Below, piece after piece: positions 18,673-28,322 of a stretch of 64,000 nt of DNA. Source of the DNA: Erysipelotrichaceae bacterium (GTDB taxonomy: Bacteria > Bacillota_I > Bacilli_A > Erysipelotrichales > Erysipelotrichaceae); contig JAUMYM010000003.1 in NCBI GenBank assembly GCA_030528645.1, forward strand, positions 41,521 through 105,520, written 5' to 3'. Made by a program: the position numbers and the translations under genes. Below the pieces are notes generated by a model. The model saw only the letters and a list, made by a program, of their open reading frames with translations. It ran no database searches and was not told where the DNA came from. Each line of letters starts with the position of its first letter. Position 1 is the stretch's first letter.

Positions 18673-19716
18673 ATGAAAAAACTATTAATTTTATTATTAT
18701 CTTTATTCATTTTTTTAAATGGATGTCAAGTTGAAAAACAAGTTATTTCATATACTGTCTATCCGATTGGATATTTATTAGATCGTATAGGTGGTAATCG
18801 TGTGGAAACTATATCGTTACAAAAACAAGAAATGATACAACGCGCACAAGCTGTTGAAGAGTTTGATGAAATTTTAAAGCGAAGTTCTCTTTTGTTTCAT
18901 CTTGGAGAATTAGAGCCATATTTGGATGTGAACCGTAGTAATATTGAAAAAAGCAAAGTCATTACCAATGATTTATCATCAAACAATGCTATTTATGAAT
19001 TTAAGCGTTATACCAGAGTTTATGTGGATGGTAAAGAGTCTTACATTGAAGGACCATACTATAATTCTAAAGTATTTGATACCATTGATGTGAATGCTAA
19101 AGATTTACATTTATGGTTAGATCCTATTTCAATGATTTCCATGGCAAAAGAAATTAAGACTTATTTAGCAAGCAATTATGTGGAACAATCTAGCTATTTT
19201 AATGAAAATTACGATAAACTAGTCAATGATTTAGTGCGTTTAGATGCACAATATCAATTATTAGCTCAAAAGTGTAAAGATGAAAATAAATCGGTTAAGT
19301 TTGTATCTATGTCTGCAAGCTTTGGAAACTGGCAAAAAGCTTATGGATTTCAAGTATATCCGGTAATCTTAAGTAAATATGGAGTACTACCAAATCAGGA
19401 ACAACTTTCAGTGATTAAAAGTCGTATTATTGAAAATGAAGTAAAATATATTGCATACGAACCAAATATGACTGAAGATATGATTGCTTTGTTTAATGAA
19501 TTGGAATCTGAATTACATTTAACACGTGTAAATTTAAGTAATATTTCTTCGCTTACTTCTTCTCAAGAAAATGATAATAAAGATTATTTATCAATTATGT
19601 ATGAAAATTTAAATGTTTTAGAGAATATGATTACAGAAAATGTGGATGTAAATACGGAAGAAGTGCAAGAAGATGCAGAAGCAGTTGAAACAGAAAAGGA
19701 AACAAATAAGTCGTAA
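18673..19716 (+). CDS. Lipoprotein resembling the ZnuA/TroA-type metal-binding solute-binding protein family, with an acidic C-terminal tail
   Basis: Lipobox LNGC. The N-terminal YTVYPIGYLLDRIGGNRVETISL resembles the cluster-9 solute-binding-protein start. No adjacent ABC partner genes are present. Confidence 0.45.
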   Translation: MKKLLILLLSLFIFLNGCQVEKQVISYTVYPIGYLLDRIGGNRVETISLQKQEMIQRAQAVEEFDEILKRSSLLFHLGELEPYLDVNRSNIEKSKVITNDLSSNNAIYEFKRYTRVYVDGKESYIEGPYYNSKVFDTIDVNAKDLHLWLDPISMISMAKEIKTYLASNYVEQSSYFNENYDKLVNDLVRLDAQYQLLAQKCKDENKSVKFVSMSASFGNWQKAYGFQVYPVILSKYGVLPNQEQLSVIKSRIIENEVKYIAYEPNMTEDMIALFNELESELHLTRVNLSNISSLTSSQENDNKDYLSIMYENLNVLENMITENVDVNTEEVQEDAEAVETEKETNKS

Positions 19717-19749
19717 TACAGATTGCGACTTATTTTATAGGTAAAAGGA

Positions 19750-22323
19750 ATGGAAAAAATATTATTAATCGATGGGAACTCCATGTTATTTCGAGGTTAT
19801 TATGCAACGTGTTATACACGTATGATGAAGACATCAAGCGGAATACCAACCAATGCCGTCTTTGCATTTAGTACGATGATGGATAAGGCAATAAAAAAAA
19901 TTGAGCCCAAGTATGTAGTGGTGGCATTTGATAAGGGAAAAAAGACGTTTCGTCACGATTTGTATGAAGATTATAAAGGTGGTCGTAAAGCAGCTCCTGA
20001 AGATTTAGTGCCACAGTTTTCATTGGTGCGTGAATTTTTAAAGGCATATAATATTCCTTACATTGAAGAAGAAAACATTGAAGCAGATGATATTATAGGC
20101 TCTTTAGCTAAAAAATATCCTGATCATGAAGTTAATATCTTAACAAGTGACCGTGATTTACTCCAAGTTATTGATACAACAACCAGTGTCTATTTAATGA
20201 AAAAAGGTATTACAGATATGCAACTGGTAGATGAAGAAACTTTAAAAGAAGAATTTCATTTACGTCCTTTACAAATCATTGATTTAAAGGGGTTAATGGG
20301 TGATAGTGCCGATAATATAAAAGGTGTTATGGGGATTGGAGAAAAAACTGCTTTAAAACTTTTGGAAGATTATCAATCGATTGAAAAAATTTATGAAAAT
20401 ATTGATCATATCAAAGGAAAATTAAAAGAAAAGTTATTGCTAGATAAAGAAAGTGCCTTTCTATCGAAACAATTAGCGACGATTAAAACCGATGTTTCAA
20501 TTCCTCTTTCCTTAGAAGATTTTTTATTTCAACCGAATTATGAAACATTATTGAAATTCTATCATCAATATGAAATGCGTCATTTGGCAGCTTCGATTGA
20601 TGTTACCGATGCTAGTGAAATTACATATCAAGTTGTAAAAAAAGTTTCTAAAGATTTACTTCATGCATATGCGATTCTTGATTTTCAACGTGATTATTTC
20701 GATTATTTTAATCCAAATGTCTATGGGTTAAGTATCTATTTTAATGGAAAAATTGAATATATTGCTTTAGAAGATTTAAAACAAGATGAAGAAACATTAG
20801 CGTTTCTAATGAGCGAAAAAGAGAAAGTTGTTTATGATGTTAAGGCATTGTATCACTTGATGGATGGGATTCATGTACCCATTCATGGCTTTCTTTATGA
20901 TGTTATGATTGCTTGTTTTTTAAATGATACTTCTTTAACAGATTACGAGAAAATGATTACCCATTATGATTTAAAAGAAGAGTTTACGTTAAAGGATTTA
21001 TTTGGGTTAGAAAGTAAACCAAAACTTCCGGATGCAGAAGTTCTTGCAAAACATAGTGCGAATCGTATTAAGAATATCGCAACCGTCTATCATATTGTAA
21101 AAAGTGAAATTCAAGAAAAAGAAATGGAACAGTTACTTCTAGAGGTTGAATTACCACTTGCACATGTATTGTATAAAATGGAAAAAGAAGGTATTTGCAT
21201 CAATACAGATGTATTAGATCAAATTAGTAATGATACATTAAATAAGATGCAAGAATTGTCCAATACAATTTACCAATATGTGGATACTACATTTAATTTG
21301 AATTCACCAAAACAACTTGCGGAAGTTTTATTTGATAAACTACAATTGCCTAGCAATAAAAAGCGTAGTACATCACAAGATATTTTAGAGAAATTGATTG
21401 GAAAACATCCGATTATTGAGGATATACTACTTTATCGTAAGTATAGTAAGTTATATTCTACCTATGCGGAAGGTTTAAAGAAATATGTAGGTAGTGACTT
21501 GAAAATACACACCATTTATAATCAAGTGCAAACCGCTACAGGGCGTTTATCTTCTACTGATCCAAATTTACAAAACATTAGTGTTAAGGATGAAGAAAGT
21601 AAAGAAATACGTAAGGCTTTTATTGCAAGTAAAGATAGCATATTATTAAGTTGTGATTATTCACAGATTGAATTACGTATGCTTGCGCATCTTGCTAAAG
21701 AAGAAAAACTCATTGATGCTTTTAAGCATGATTTAGACATTCATACAAAGACAGCTATGGACATCTTCCATATTCAGGAAACAGAAATGACTCCAGCTTA
21801 TCGTAGAGCTGCTAAGGCTGTAAATTTTGGTATTATTTATGGTATGAGTGAGTTTGGTTTATCACAACAAATTCATGTAAGTATCAATCAAGCAAAAGAG
21901 TTTATAAATAATTATTTCGCTACATATCCAAATATCAAACACTATATGGAGCATGTAATTCAACATGCGGTAGAATCAGGGTATGCAAGTACAATTTTAA
22001 AACGTCGTCGTTATATTAAAGAATTAAAAGATAGTAATTATATGATGAAAGAATTTGGTAAGCGTGCAGCTATGAATACACCAATTCAAGGTAGTGCTGC
22101 TGATTTATTAAAATTAGCAATGATTCAGATTGATAAAAAGATGGAAGGGTTACAATCAAAAATGATTTTAACGGTCCACGATGAATTGATTTTTGATGTT
22201 TTAGAAAGTGAATTTGATCAAGTATTAGCAATTGTTTTAGAAGGGATGGAAAATGCTATGAAGTTAAGTGTTCCTTTAAAAGTTTCTTATAGTAAAGGTA
22301 CTTCATGGTATGATGCAAAATAA
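19750..22323 (+). CDS. polA: DNA polymerase I
   Basis: An 857-aa protein with 5'-3' exonuclease, 3'-5' exonuclease-like and polymerase domains (RRAAKAVNFGIIYG, HDELIF). Confidence 0.95.
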   Translation: MEKILLIDGNSMLFRGYYATCYTRMMKTSSGIPTNAVFAFSTMMDKAIKKIEPKYVVVAFDKGKKTFRHDLYEDYKGGRKAAPEDLVPQFSLVREFLKAYNIPYIEEENIEADDIIGSLAKKYPDHEVNILTSDRDLLQVIDTTTSVYLMKKGITDMQLVDEETLKEEFHLRPLQIIDLKGLMGDSADNIKGVMGIGEKTALKLLEDYQSIEKIYENIDHIKGKLKEKLLLDKESAFLSKQLATIKTDVSIPLSLEDFLFQPNYETLLKFYHQYEMRHLAASIDVTDASEITYQVVKKVSKDLLHAYAILDFQRDYFDYFNPNVYGLSIYFNGKIEYIALEDLKQDEETLAFLMSEKEKVVYDVKALYHLMDGIHVPIHGFLYDVMIACFLNDTSLTDYEKMITHYDLKEEFTLKDLFGLESKPKLPDAEVLAKHSANRIKNIATVYHIVKSEIQEKEMEQLLLEVELPLAHVLYKMEKEGICINTDVLDQISNDTLNKMQELSNTIYQYVDTTFNLNSPKQLAEVLFDKLQLPSNKKRSTSQDILEKLIGKHPIIEDILLYRKYSKLYSTYAEGLKKYVGSDLKIHTIYNQVQTATGRLSSTDPNLQNISVKDEESKEIRKAFIASKDSILLSCDYSQIELRMLAHLAKEEKLIDAFKHDLDIHTKTAMDIFHIQETEMTPAYRRAAKAVNFGIIYGMSEFGLSQQIHVSINQAKEFINNYFATYPNIKHYMEHVIQHAVESGYASTILKRRRYIKELKDSNYMMKEFGKRAAMNTPIQGSAADLLKLAMIQIDKKMEGLQSKMILTVHDELIFDVLESEFDQVLAIVLEGMENAMKLSVPLKVSYSKGTSWYDAK

Positions 22324-23138
22324 TGCCAGAGTTACCGGAAGTAGAAACCGTTGTACGCACATTGAAGCAAGCTGTTAAAGATTGTAAGATTGTTCAGGTA
22401 GATATTTATTGGAATAATATTATTGTTGGTGATCTTCAAACTTTTAAATCTTCGTTAATCGGACAAACATTTAGAGGTTTTAAACGTCGAGGTAAGTACA
22501 TTATCTTTGAGTTGGATGATTGTAGTCTATTGTCTCATTTGCGTATGGAAGGTAAGTATTTTATTAAAGATTCTAATGATAAAAGGGAAAAGCATGAGCA
22601 TGTTATTTTTACTTTAGATAATGGTAAAACATTGAGGTATCATGATACTAGAAAATTTGGTAAAATGGAAGTAATTCCAAAGAGTAAGGACTATGTACAA
22701 TTAAAGAATTTAGGGGTAGAACCTTTAAGTCGTAAATTGAATGAAACTTATGTATCAAACTATATTAAAAATACAAAACAATGTATGAAACAACTGTTAT
22801 TAGATCAATCTTTCATTGCCGGTATTGGAAATATTTATGCGGATGAAATATTGTTTAGAATGAAAGTACATCCCAAAAAGATTGCAAAAGAATTAACATC
22901 TCAAGAGATTAAAGATCTTGTTTATTATACAAAATATGTTTTAAAAGGTGCTATAAAGGCAGGAGGAACAACAATTCGTTCGTATACGTCTTCGCTTGGT
23001 ATTACAGGTCGTTTTCAATTAAAATTAAAGGTACATATGCGTAAAGATGAACCTTGTTATCTATGTAAAGAAAAGATTGTAAAAGAAGTGGTTGCTCAAA
23101 GGGGGACATATTATTGTCCAAGGTGTCAAAGTTTATGA
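22323..23138 (+). CDS. mutM: Formamidopyrimidine-DNA glycosylase
   Basis: It begins with MPELPEVE and has a C-terminal zinc finger (CxxC...CPRCQ). Confidence 0.9.
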   Translation: MPELPEVETVVRTLKQAVKDCKIVQVDIYWNNIIVGDLQTFKSSLIGQTFRGFKRRGKYIIFELDDCSLLSHLRMEGKYFIKDSNDKREKHEHVIFTLDNGKTLRYHDTRKFGKMEVIPKSKDYVQLKNLGVEPLSRKLNETYVSNYIKNTKQCMKQLLLDQSFIAGIGNIYADEILFRMKVHPKKIAKELTSQEIKDLVYYTKYVLKGAIKAGGTTIRSYTSSLGITGRFQLKLKVHMRKDEPCYLCKEKIVKEVVAQRGTYYCPRCQSL

Positions 23139-23707
23139 AAATTGCGATTACAGGTTTAATGGGAAGTGGAAAAAGTACGGTTGCTAATATATTTAGAGAA
23201 CTGGGTTATCCTGTGTTTGATGCTGATGAGGTTGCTAAATCCTTTTTAAAGAAGGATAGTAAGGGTTATCATGAAGTATTAAATACATTTGGTGAAGATG
23301 TATTAGATGAACATTATGAAATTGATAAGGGTTTTCTTGCTAAATTGGTTTTTCAAAATAAAGAATGTAAAGAGGCCTTGGAAGGAATTATTCATCCTCT
23401 TGTTAAAGAAGCGTTACTTAAAGAAATGAAAAATAAAAAGGTATTTATTGCTGAGGTACCATTGTTGTTTGAAGCTCATTTTGATCAATATTTTGATGAA
23501 ATATTGTATGTAGATACCAGTGAAGAACATTTATTACAACGATTAGAAGCCAGAAATATGACAAAAGAAGAGATACAAGCACGTTTAAAAAATCAAATGA
23601 CAAGACAAGAAAAAAAAGCCAAAGCGACATATATAATTAAAAATGAAGAAGATATTGATGCACTGAAAAAAGAAGTAATGCATGTGATTAAAAAATGGGG
23701 TATTTAA
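23135..23707 (+). CDS. coaE: Dephospho-CoA kinase
   Basis: It starts MKIAITGLMGSGKST with a P-loop. The ATGA overlaps the mutM stop. The ORF track begins at a TTG 21 nt upstream. Confidence 0.85.
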   Translation: MKIAITGLMGSGKSTVANIFRELGYPVFDADEVAKSFLKKDSKGYHEVLNTFGEDVLDEHYEIDKGFLAKLVFQNKECKEALEGIIHPLVKEALLKEMKNKKVFIAEVPLLFEAHFDQYFDEILYVDTSEEHLLQRLEARNMTKEEIQARLKNQMTRQEKKAKATYIIKNEEDIDALKKEVMHVIKKWGI

Positions 23708-24892
23708 ATGTTAAAAGGAAAAGATTTATATAAAGTATCCATTAATGAGTTAATGAATCAAAATCAATTAACTTCTTTAATGATGCTTTATCAACCGATT
23801 ATAGGTCATAAGGCTGTTATTTTATATTTAACATTGATTCAAGATGTACGTCATGCTAGAGGGTTTGAAACCTTCAATCGTTTGATCAACATTTTACAGA
23901 TGAGTATTGAAGAGATTGACCAGGCTCGAATGCGTTTAGAAGAGTATCAACTTCTAACTACATTTTGTAAATCAAGTGATCTTAAAGATTCATATATATT
24001 TATTATTCATGCCCCTAAATCCTGTGATGTATTTTTTAAAAATGATGTATTTTCACGTTTATTAATGAAATATTTAGATAGTAAACAATATGAAACAACA
24101 TTAAATCGTTTAATTAAACCAAGCTTAGATGTTGCTGAATATAAAAACATTACTAAGAAGTTTAATGTTGATTCTATACGATGGAATGAAGAAAATGAAC
24201 AAGAATTTAAAGCAATTAAACCAAACTATAAGTTTAATGAAGATGTTCAAGTACATATTAATTTTGATTATCATAAGTTCTTATTTAATTTATCGAGTTT
24301 GAATTTCCCCATTGCAGAGCGTAGTGCAGAAAATTTAAGATTAATTGGAGAAATTGCTACAATCTATGGAATAAGTGCAGATCAAATGCGTATTTTAGTT
24401 GGAAAATGCAGTTCTATAGAAACCGGTCGTTTTGATGTGGAACGTTTTAAAAAATTAGCACAAGCTTATATTCCAAAAGAAGTAGTAAAAGAAAGTAATA
24501 TTTATAAATTGCCATGTGCTTCCTTTTTGCAATCGAAACAAAATGGTATTGAAGTAACTTATCAAGATAAACAATTACTGGAAGATTTGGTGTTAAAAAT
24601 GAAATTAAAACCAGAGGTAGTGAATGTTTTGGTTGAGTATATCTTAAATACGAATGATCAGCGTTTAATACGAAGATATGTAGAACAAATTGCTGCTACT
24701 TGGATTCGCAAGGGAATCGAAGAGTATCAACAAGCTCTTGATGAAGTAAAGAATTACCAAGAACAACAAATTACTACAAGTAAGAAAATGAAAAAGAAAA
24801 TGAAAGCACCTAATTACACTAAGCCGGAAGAAGTGGAAAATGAAGAACATCTTCAAGATATACTACAGTGGCTTGATAAGGAGGTAAAATAA
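23708..24892 (+). CDS. Replication initiation / membrane attachment protein (DnaB-like, DnaD-domain family)
   Basis: A 394-aa protein directly upstream of dnaI, in the canonical Firmicute dnaB-dnaI arrangement. The sequence similarity is judged by eye only. Confidence 0.55.
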   Translation: MLKGKDLYKVSINELMNQNQLTSLMMLYQPIIGHKAVILYLTLIQDVRHARGFETFNRLINILQMSIEEIDQARMRLEEYQLLTTFCKSSDLKDSYIFIIHAPKSCDVFFKNDVFSRLLMKYLDSKQYETTLNRLIKPSLDVAEYKNITKKFNVDSIRWNEENEQEFKAIKPNYKFNEDVQVHINFDYHKFLFNLSSLNFPIAERSAENLRLIGEIATIYGISADQMRILVGKCSSIETGRFDVERFKKLAQAYIPKEVVKESNIYKLPCASFLQSKQNGIEVTYQDKQLLEDLVLKMKLKPEVVNVLVEYILNTNDQRLIRRYVEQIAATWIRKGIEEYQQALDEVKNYQEQQITTSKKMKKKMKAPNYTKPEEVENEEHLQDILQWLDKEVK

Positions 24893-25803
24893 TGGAACCT
24901 TTAGTATTTAAACCTGTTGAATTAGATGAGGATTTAAAGCAAGAAAAACAAGCATTAATTGTGCAATTAAAGAAGAATCCTATCGTAATAGATTTTTTAA
25001 AGAAATATAAATTAAATTCAAGCTATGTGGAGGAGTTTCCATATCGTTTTAAGACTTGGATCGATTCTAAAGATCAATGTGCATATTGTGTTGGTTTCGA
25101 AAACTGTAATCAAGAAACTAATGGAGTACACTTAGATTTAATTTATGATGGAAATCTTGAGTATGTCTATAGACCTTGTCCATATCAACTTGAAGCAAAT
25201 AAGAAGCTAGAACATGTAAAGAATTATAAACGCAATCACTTGCCTTTACAGTTGCAGAGTGTTTTTTTTCAAGATATTGACACCAAAAAAGAAAAAGTTG
25301 CTTATTTACAAGTATTTAAAGATATTGTTTCTTGGTATAAGCATCCAACATCAAAAGGTTTTTATTTATGGGGTAATGTAGGAGTTGGTAAAACTTATCT
25401 ATTAGCTTGTTTAAGTAATGCACTAGCAAAAGAAGGACATAAAGTTGCTTTTATTCATGTTCCAACGTTTGTACTTGAAATGAAAAATTTATTTTATGAT
25501 AACGAAGAATTCCAACGACGTATTACAACATTAATGGAAGTTCCATATTTATTTTTTGATGATATTGGTGCAGAAAATGCAACACCTTGGATTCGTGATG
25601 AACTATTATTGCCTATCTTAGAGTATCGTATGCATAATGGTGCCATTACCATGTTTACAAGTAATTTAAATTTTGAAATGTTACATGATCACTATGTATT
25701 GAATGCACATGGACATGAAGAAACATTGAAAGCGACTCGTTTTTTAGAACGTGTGCGTTTTTTAGCCAAAGAAGTAGAATTAATTGGTTTGAATCGTAGA
25801 TGA
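24892..25803 (+). CDS. dnaI: Primosomal helicase loader DnaI
   Basis: An N-terminal Cys-rich zinc motif (CAYCVGFENC, CPY) and an AAA+ Walker A (GNVGVGKTYLL). Confidence 0.8.
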   Translation: MEPLVFKPVELDEDLKQEKQALIVQLKKNPIVIDFLKKYKLNSSYVEEFPYRFKTWIDSKDQCAYCVGFENCNQETNGVHLDLIYDGNLEYVYRPCPYQLEANKKLEHVKNYKRNHLPLQLQSVFFQDIDTKKEKVAYLQVFKDIVSWYKHPTSKGFYLWGNVGVGKTYLLACLSNALAKEGHKVAFIHVPTFVLEMKNLFYDNEEFQRRITTLMEVPYLFFDDIGAENATPWIRDELLLPILEYRMHNGAITMFTSNLNFEMLHDHYVLNAHGHEETLKATRFLERVRFLAKEVELIGLNRR

Positions 25804-25887
25804 GGATTTCTTAGGTTCTGGTAATATTATACTTTTCAAATGTGCAATAAAATGTTATCATTTTATAGATTGAAAAGAGGTTTAGCA

Positions 25888-26850
25888 ATGATTAGAAGGA
25901 TAGGTATATTGACTTCTGGTGGCGATTCACCTGGAATGAATGCTGCAATTCGTGCAGTGACTAGAACGGCTTTGTCAAATGGCATTGAAGTTGTAGGTAT
26001 TAAGGATGGATATCGTGGACTTTATGAAGGAAACTTCATGAGTATGAAAAAGACAGATGTATCGGATATTTTAGATCGTGGTGGAACAAAATTAGGTTCT
26101 GCTCGTTTAAAAGAGTTTAAAGATGTAAAAGTACAGGAAAAATGTGTTGAGAATCTTAAAAAATCTGGTATTGATGCCATTGTGGTAATTGGTGGAGATG
26201 GTTCTTATCGTGGAGCTTTAGCTCTTACCAAGTTAGGGATTAATTGTATTGGTTTACCAGGAACCATTGACAATGATATTCCGGGTACAGATTATACAAT
26301 AGGGTTTGATACAGCTTTAAATACAGTAGTAGAAGCAGTAGATAAGCTTCGTGACACATCAAGTTCACACCATCGTTGTTCGGTTGTGGAAGTGATGGGA
26401 AATCACTGTGGGGATTTGGCTTTATGGGCTGGTATTTCTTGTGGTGCTGAAATTGTTGTTACACCTGAAACAGGTTATGATGAAGTAGAAATTCTAGAAA
26501 AATTAATGTATTTAGATCGTAATGTTAATAAAAATCATGCGATTGTCATTATTTCTGAAAAAATGACGCATGTTGAAGATTTAGCAAATAAAATTTCAAA
26601 TCATACAGGTTTTTCGGGTCGTGCTACTGTTTTAGGGCATATACAAAGAGGCGGAAGTCCTACTCCATTTGACCGTGTATTGGCATCACGCATGGGAGAA
26701 AAAGCTGTTGATTTATTAATGGCTGGTGTTGGTGGTCATTGTGTTGGCATTTTAGAAAATAAGATTATTTCGATGCCAATTGAAGAAGCTTTATCCACAT
26801 TAAAAACATCAAGAAAGCAATTATATCGATTATTTGATCGATTAGTTTAG
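25888..26850 (+). CDS. pfkA: ATP-dependent 6-phosphofructokinase
   Basis: MIRRIGILTSGGDSPGMNAAIRAV and GGDGS motifs. The ribosome-binding site is aaagagg. The ORF-track start at 25840 is an upstream extension. Confidence 0.9.
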   Translation: MIRRIGILTSGGDSPGMNAAIRAVTRTALSNGIEVVGIKDGYRGLYEGNFMSMKKTDVSDILDRGGTKLGSARLKEFKDVKVQEKCVENLKKSGIDAIVVIGGDGSYRGALALTKLGINCIGLPGTIDNDIPGTDYTIGFDTALNTVVEAVDKLRDTSSSHHRCSVVEVMGNHCGDLALWAGISCGAEIVVTPETGYDEVEILEKLMYLDRNVNKNHAIVIISEKMTHVEDLANKISNHTGFSGRATVLGHIQRGGSPTPFDRVLASRMGEKAVDLLMAGVGGHCVGILENKIISMPIEEALSTLKTSRKQLYRLFDRLV

Positions 26851-26864
26851 AAAGAGGGTTAAGA

Positions 26865-28280
26865 ATGAGTAAGCAAACAAAGATTGTATGTACAATTGGT
26901 CCAGCAAGTGAATCGGTAGAAATGATTACAAAGTTGGCTAATGAAGGAATGAACATTGTTCGTTTAAATTTTTCTCACGGTTCTTTTGAAGAACATTTAA
27001 ATCGTATTCACATGGTTCGTGAAGTTGTTGAGAAAACAGGTATCAATTTAGGTATCATGTTAGATACAAAAGGACCTGAAATTCGTTTAGGTATGTTCAA
27101 GAACGATAAAGAAGACTATGTAAAAGGGGATATCGTTAAGATATGTAAAAAGGAAATTGAAGGTACAAAGGAAATGTTCCATATTCAATGTCCTGAACTT
27201 TTCGATGATGTTAAAGTTGGGAACTATATTTTAATTAATGATGGAAAACAACGCTTAACTGTATTAGAAAACGATGGAGAAGTATTAACTTGTCGTGTAG
27301 AAGTAACAGGTCCAATTTCATCAAGAAAAGGATGTAATGTTCCTGGTGTAAAATTAAGTATGCCATTTATTTCTCCGAAAGATGATGCAGATATTCGTTT
27401 TGGATGTCGCAATGATGTGGATTTCATTGCTGCATCATTTGTGCGTAGAGCAGAAGATGTATTAGCAATTCGTAAGATTTTAATTGAAGAAGGAAAACCG
27501 GCAATTAATATTATCGCTAAAATTGAAAACCAAGAAGGTTTTGATAATCTAGAATCTATTTTAGAAGTAGCAGATGGTGTTATGGTTGCTCGTGGTGATT
27601 TGGGGGTAGAAGTTGAAACACAATTCGTTCCTATCTATCAAAAACAAATTATTAAAACAGCAAATATATTTGGTAAACCGGTTATTACAGCTACACATAT
27701 GTTAGATTCTATGACACAAAATCCTCGTCCAACAAGAGCTGAGGCAAGTGATGTGTGTAATGCGGTATTAGATGGTTCAGATGCAGTTATGTTATCTGCA
27801 GAATCAGCTGCTGGAGAATATCCTGTAGAAGCAGTTCGTACGATGGCTACAATCGCTTCGGCTGCCGAAAAAATGATTCCATATCGTGAGCGTTTAGATC
27901 AATTAAAACATTCAAATGATAAATCAGTACAAGATGCGATTGGTATTTCTATTTCAGATGCTTGTTTAACATTGGATATCGGTGCGATTGTTGTATTTAC
28001 ACAAGGCGGTACTACAGCAAGACGTATTTCTAAGTTTAGACCATGTGTTCCAATTTTAGCTGTTACATTTAATCATTCAACACAAAGAAAATTAAATTCT
28101 TATTGGGGTGTAAAAGCGATTTATTCAGATGTACAAAATGAAATGACAAATGATGATGAATTAGCAAGTAAAATCGCTAAAGAACATGGTTTAAAACCAG
28201 GCCAATTAATTATCATATCTGCAGGTTATCCAACCGGAGAAGGTAGTGCAAATATGATGAAGATCATTGAAGTAAAATAA
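26865..28280 (+). CDS. pyk: Pyruvate kinase
   Basis: A 471-aa protein with KIVCTIGPAS and MVARGDLGVE motifs. It sits immediately after pfkA, the conserved pfkA-pyk operon. Confidence 0.95.
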   Translation: MSKQTKIVCTIGPASESVEMITKLANEGMNIVRLNFSHGSFEEHLNRIHMVREVVEKTGINLGIMLDTKGPEIRLGMFKNDKEDYVKGDIVKICKKEIEGTKEMFHIQCPELFDDVKVGNYILINDGKQRLTVLENDGEVLTCRVEVTGPISSRKGCNVPGVKLSMPFISPKDDADIRFGCRNDVDFIAASFVRRAEDVLAIRKILIEEGKPAINIIAKIENQEGFDNLESILEVADGVMVARGDLGVEVETQFVPIYQKQIIKTANIFGKPVITATHMLDSMTQNPRPTRAEASDVCNAVLDGSDAVMLSAESAAGEYPVEAVRTMATIASAAEKMIPYRERLDQLKHSNDKSVQDAIGISISDACLTLDIGAIVVFTQGGTTARRISKFRPCVPILAVTFNHSTQRKLNSYWGVKAIYSDVQNEMTNDDELASKIAKEHGLKPGQLIIISAGYPTGEGSANMMKIIEVK

Positions 28281-28283
28281 AGT

Positions 28284-28317
28284 AAAAACTCTATTCCTAT
28301 TTGAATAGAGTTTTTTT
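28284..28317. terminator. Bidirectional rho-independent terminator between pyk and convergent rnj
   Basis: A 13-bp stem (aaaaactctattc / gaatagagttttt) flanked by A-runs and T-runs. Confidence 0.7.
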
Positions 28318-28322
28318 GTTTA

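Noticed and set aside
18549-18734. A 61-aa ORF bridging the trmB 3' end, the terminator and the start of the lipoprotein gene
   Set aside because: It runs through a rho-independent terminator, has no ribosome-binding site and gives a low-complexity translation, so it is a chance ORF in AT-rich sequence.
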